The notes below the pieces were generated by a model. It made no database searches. It saw only the letters and a program-made list of their open reading frames with translations, and was not told the DNA's origin. The position numbers and the translations under genes were made by a program. A DNA stretch of 49,136 bases from Jimgerdemannia flammicorona (lineage: Eukaryota), in the NCBI GenBank assembly GCA_003990765.1, contig RBNJ01000032.1, positions 1 through 49,136 of the forward strand, read 5' to 3'. Of this stretch, positions 45,575-49,136 are shown piece after piece. Position 1 is the first letter of the stretch. Each line of letters begins with the position of its first letter.

Positions 45575-45606
<32 letters not shown>

Positions 45607-47413
45607 CCCCAGGCTGCGCTCACCTCAGCGAGAACCTCCGCCAACGCCATCTATTGCCCGCCTTTGCTCCAGGCCGCATTGGACATGCAGTCTGGGATTT
45701 TACATGCCGAGGAGAAGGATTACAAGACTGCGTATGCTCTCGTTTCCTGATTTTCTGCTTGAAAATTGTAGTTAGATCGAAGGTGGTGTAACATTCTTTG
45801 TGGGGGAAGCTCTCCATATATTCACGGTTCCACCCCGGTGGTCTACCGTCACGCATGGTATTTAACCACATAAAAATTACCATGGCAGCTATTCTTACTT
45901 CTACGAGACCCTCGAGGGTTACTCCAGCCAGGAAGACCCGCGTGCCGTACTTGCGCTCAAATACATGCTGCTCTGCAAGATTATGCTCAACTTGGTGAGT
46001 TCAATGGGGATATAGGACCCACCCAGATATTAATATGTTCTGTTGTATACCTTTGTTTTAGACGGGGGAGCAGGAGGGTTCTGTGCCATTTTATATGTCC
46101 CAACCGTGTATGATGAAAGATCTATTGTGAAATGTGGCCGTGATTGGTTACGGGCCGGTAGTAACTCCTTCCCTCTTTTCTTTCCATTCTTTTTATTTAC
46201 CATCATTCACATTACTTCTTTGCCCTCCATTCTCACCTCTCCCACTGCTGTCGGAAATCGCCATCCCCGTAGACCGAAGACGTGCACAGCATCATTAACG
46301 GTAAGGTTGCGCTGCGGTATGCTGGGTCCGAGGTTGAGGCCATGAAAGCCATTGCCACTGCGCACCAGAACCGGAGCCTGCAAGAGTTTGAAACCGCGCT
46401 GGCGACCTATCCGAGTGGTATGTTCTTTGTTTGATTTTGTGGGTTGGGGTCAAGCCAGGTTCAGGGGATTGGCGAGGGCGTGAGAAGTTAGGAGGAGTCT
46501 GAGTGAGTAGGTTGGGCATGGCGAAAGTCGTGAGATGGAAATGTGGTGCATATAAAGTTCGCGCACGCCGAGACTATATAATTCCTTCAACAAGAACAAC
46601 GATTCGCTCTTTCTGCACTCATTTTGACGACCGCCGCTTCTCACAACACATTCCTTCTGTCTCGCAGAGCTGAACAACGACCCGATCATTCGATCCCAGC
46701 TCGCGGCGCTGTACGATACCCTATTGGAGCAGAATTTGGTGCGCATCATCGAACCCTTCTCGCGTGTCGAGATCGAGCGCGTGGCCGAGATCGTCAAGTT
46801 GCCGACGGCGCAGGTGGAGACCAAGTAAGTTGGGTTGGAGGACAAGGATTGCGGGCGTGGTTGAGCAGTAAAATGGACAGGAATGTTCCCTGTCAGAGAG
46901 AGAGGTGTCGTGTGGGATTTTATTTGGATAAATGGGACGAATCAGGCGTTATTAAGTGAACTACGGCGCCTTGATTAATTTTTAATGTTATATTATCGTT
47001 GTCGTACCTCCTTTGCGAAAGATTGTCGCAAATGATTCTCGACAAAGCCTTCCACGGTATCCTTGACCAAGGCGCTGGGTGCCTGATCGTTTTTGATGAA
47101 CCGCCAGAGGATGTAAGTTGATTGGAGATGGCTGATTGTTCATTTTTATTTTTTTGGTCCCGAATCACGCAGACCTTCTCTTTGGGGGTGTTTTCTTATC
47201 AATGTCGCGTGTTTTGGTATATTTATCCTACAGAAAACCTACGATACCACGATCGACACGCTCAAGCAGATGGAGAAGGTAGTGGAATCTCTCTATGAGA
47301 AGGTACGTCCGGCGTTTAATGATGCGTTTTTTACTTCTGGTGGTGGCTTAGAGCTGTAAAATGACTGACGAATCCACATTTAATTATGTGAATAGGCCGC
47401 GAAATTGTCATAA
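44635..47413 (+). CDS. RPN6: 26S proteasome lid subunit Rpn6/PSMD11
   Basis: Ten exons (44635-44762, 44840-44922, 45157-45452, 45613-45731, 45889-45994, 46273-46417, 46668-46824, 47022-47112, 47234-47302, 47396-47413); [40 protein letters not shown]. Confidence 0.97.
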
Positions 47414-47772
47414 GCGAATGACGAAGGGAGGTGTGGGTTCTTCTTGGGCGACGATGTAATTGAGTCTGGTTGATGTTGGAGAGGCTGTTGATGACGATTG
47501 CTGAATGGGACACTCTTTTGTTGTTTTGGTTTCCCGCCAGTGTGTTCTGTATGAATAAAAATGCGGCCAGCGATTTGGGATTGCCTGTTTGAGACGGTGC
47601 ACGTGACGACGAGTTGAATGGAAACACAACTCAACCAGTACACGTCGCCATTTGAACCATGTTGAAACAAAAACACTCCAAGCGCCCCCTTGTAAGTTTT
47701 TGGATTACCTGAGCCGCCCCTCATTCGCTTCCAAAGCCTATTTATAGTCAGCTCTTCATTCACTTGTAAACA

Positions 47773-48182
47773 ATGGCTCAAAACTCAGACTGACACCGAC
47801 GACGCGGCTGGAAAGTTCATTTACCCTAATGGATACAACAGCACCGGAGTGAGCAAGCGCCTCGTCGAAAAGGTATATAGTTAAATCCGTTTGTTGCTGG
47901 CTCCTCCACACAGCGAGGTCTCACCTTCATTGCCGAAAGCCACAAACCGGGGGTAAAATCCAGGACCTCCGACCCGCGCAGCATGGAATGTCAGTTGATC
48001 GTAGAAACCATCTAAACGACGTTCCATCCTGCTCATATCTTCGACACGCCACCACGCAGGTCGATGATCCATGGTTCGCGCGAGATCCTCAAGCGCATTC
48101 GGCGCGCTCACTCCTGTACTACGTGCTCGGTATCGTGCTCCTGAACACCTTCGTCTCGTGGCTATGGCCAACATCTCGATGA
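47773..48182 (+). pseudogene. Possible degraded small gene
   Basis: GC-rich exon-like blocks with GT/AG boundaries and a hydrophobic C-terminal stretch; early stop after the ATG; no family recognised. Confidence 0.2.
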
Positions 48183-48629
48183 TGGCGCTGGAGATCTGCT
48201 GAGCGATGGTCGTCGGCAACGGAACAAACGATTGGGGGATGGAACTTGGGGGATGTCTTTGATCTTGGGGTGTGAAAAGGATGGTAAAGGTGGATGGGAA
48301 GTGGAGCTGTTCATTAATGTTATTTGGTTTCGGGAACTACATTGCATCGAATGTTTGGCAGGGTTTTGTGATAAATCCTCACATGTAAATACGTATTATT
48401 GAAAACACATACAAAAATATGGAAATTTCATCATACACAAAAGGAGAGACATTCTGAGTTCGACAGTTTGGAAAACTTCTATCGAGAGTATGCAGATTCA
48501 TTGTCATTGAACAATGAGCCCACTAGTGTCTTGCAGGCCATGAAAATATTGACCAAACCTACTACTATAATATGTGCGTGTTGTATCTGCATGAGATATC
48601 ACATCACGAACCGCAAGAAAAAAGAAATT

Positions 48630-48676
<47 letters not shown>

Positions 48677-49136
48677 AAGGGAGGAAAGAAAAGACAATAA
48701 TAATAGGAAGGTAAAATATACGACCTTCGGTAACACCGACAATCCGAACCACGTGAACACATCGCCAAACGTCCTCAAAGGTGAACATTTACACGCAATT
48801 AACCTTACGTACAGGTGCTTGCGCTTGTACTAATGCCATTTCTTTGACCTTGGGGTGATTTTGTGGCTGAACAAAGCACTTCGGTTCATCCCGCAGGCCA
48901 TCTAGGTTAAGAAATGCGAAATGAACCGCTAGCAATTGTAAAGCGCATAATTTAAGGATACTAAAACTCGTAGCTTCGTCCAGGACATTGAACCATTTAC
49001 TTACCGCCTCGCAACCATCCAGAAATGTACTGCACTGCGAGGTACGTAATGTTGACGCAATTATAGTCGGGTGAGCTGTGAGTCGGTATCCTTCGATGAG
49101 ATTTTATTGTATTTTACCTTATTGGTATCTTTTTTT

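Overview
Eukaryotic sequence, most likely fungal; intron style and TE content suggest an early-diverging Mucoromycota-type genome, but that is inference. The window has two sharply different halves. Bases 1-34546 are a CpG-depleted island of nested, decayed retroelements: two divergent dUTPase-carrying Ty3/gypsy LTR elements (A, ~12-7069, 3' end outside the window; B, 15031-25746, complete with a CTAG TSD), further A- and B-related fragments, and four copies of an L1/Tx1-like LINE family. Bases 34547-49136 are CpG-rich and gene-dense: a BTB gene cut by the island, a damaged MATH-BTB gene, a ~1000-aa disordered orphan, a clathrin-adaptor-motif protein, APC15 and RPN6. The most unusual signal is an architecture shared by both gypsy elements: Gag-PR-dUTPase-RT-RNaseH ends at a stop, integrase starts from its own adjacent ATG in another frame (TAA-C-ATG in A, ATGA overlap in B), and a homologous uncharacterised accessory ORF follows. 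Decay is dominated by C>T/G>A transitions, including CpA>TpA, which resembles RIP. All alignments and exon calls were made by eye; no database searches were run.
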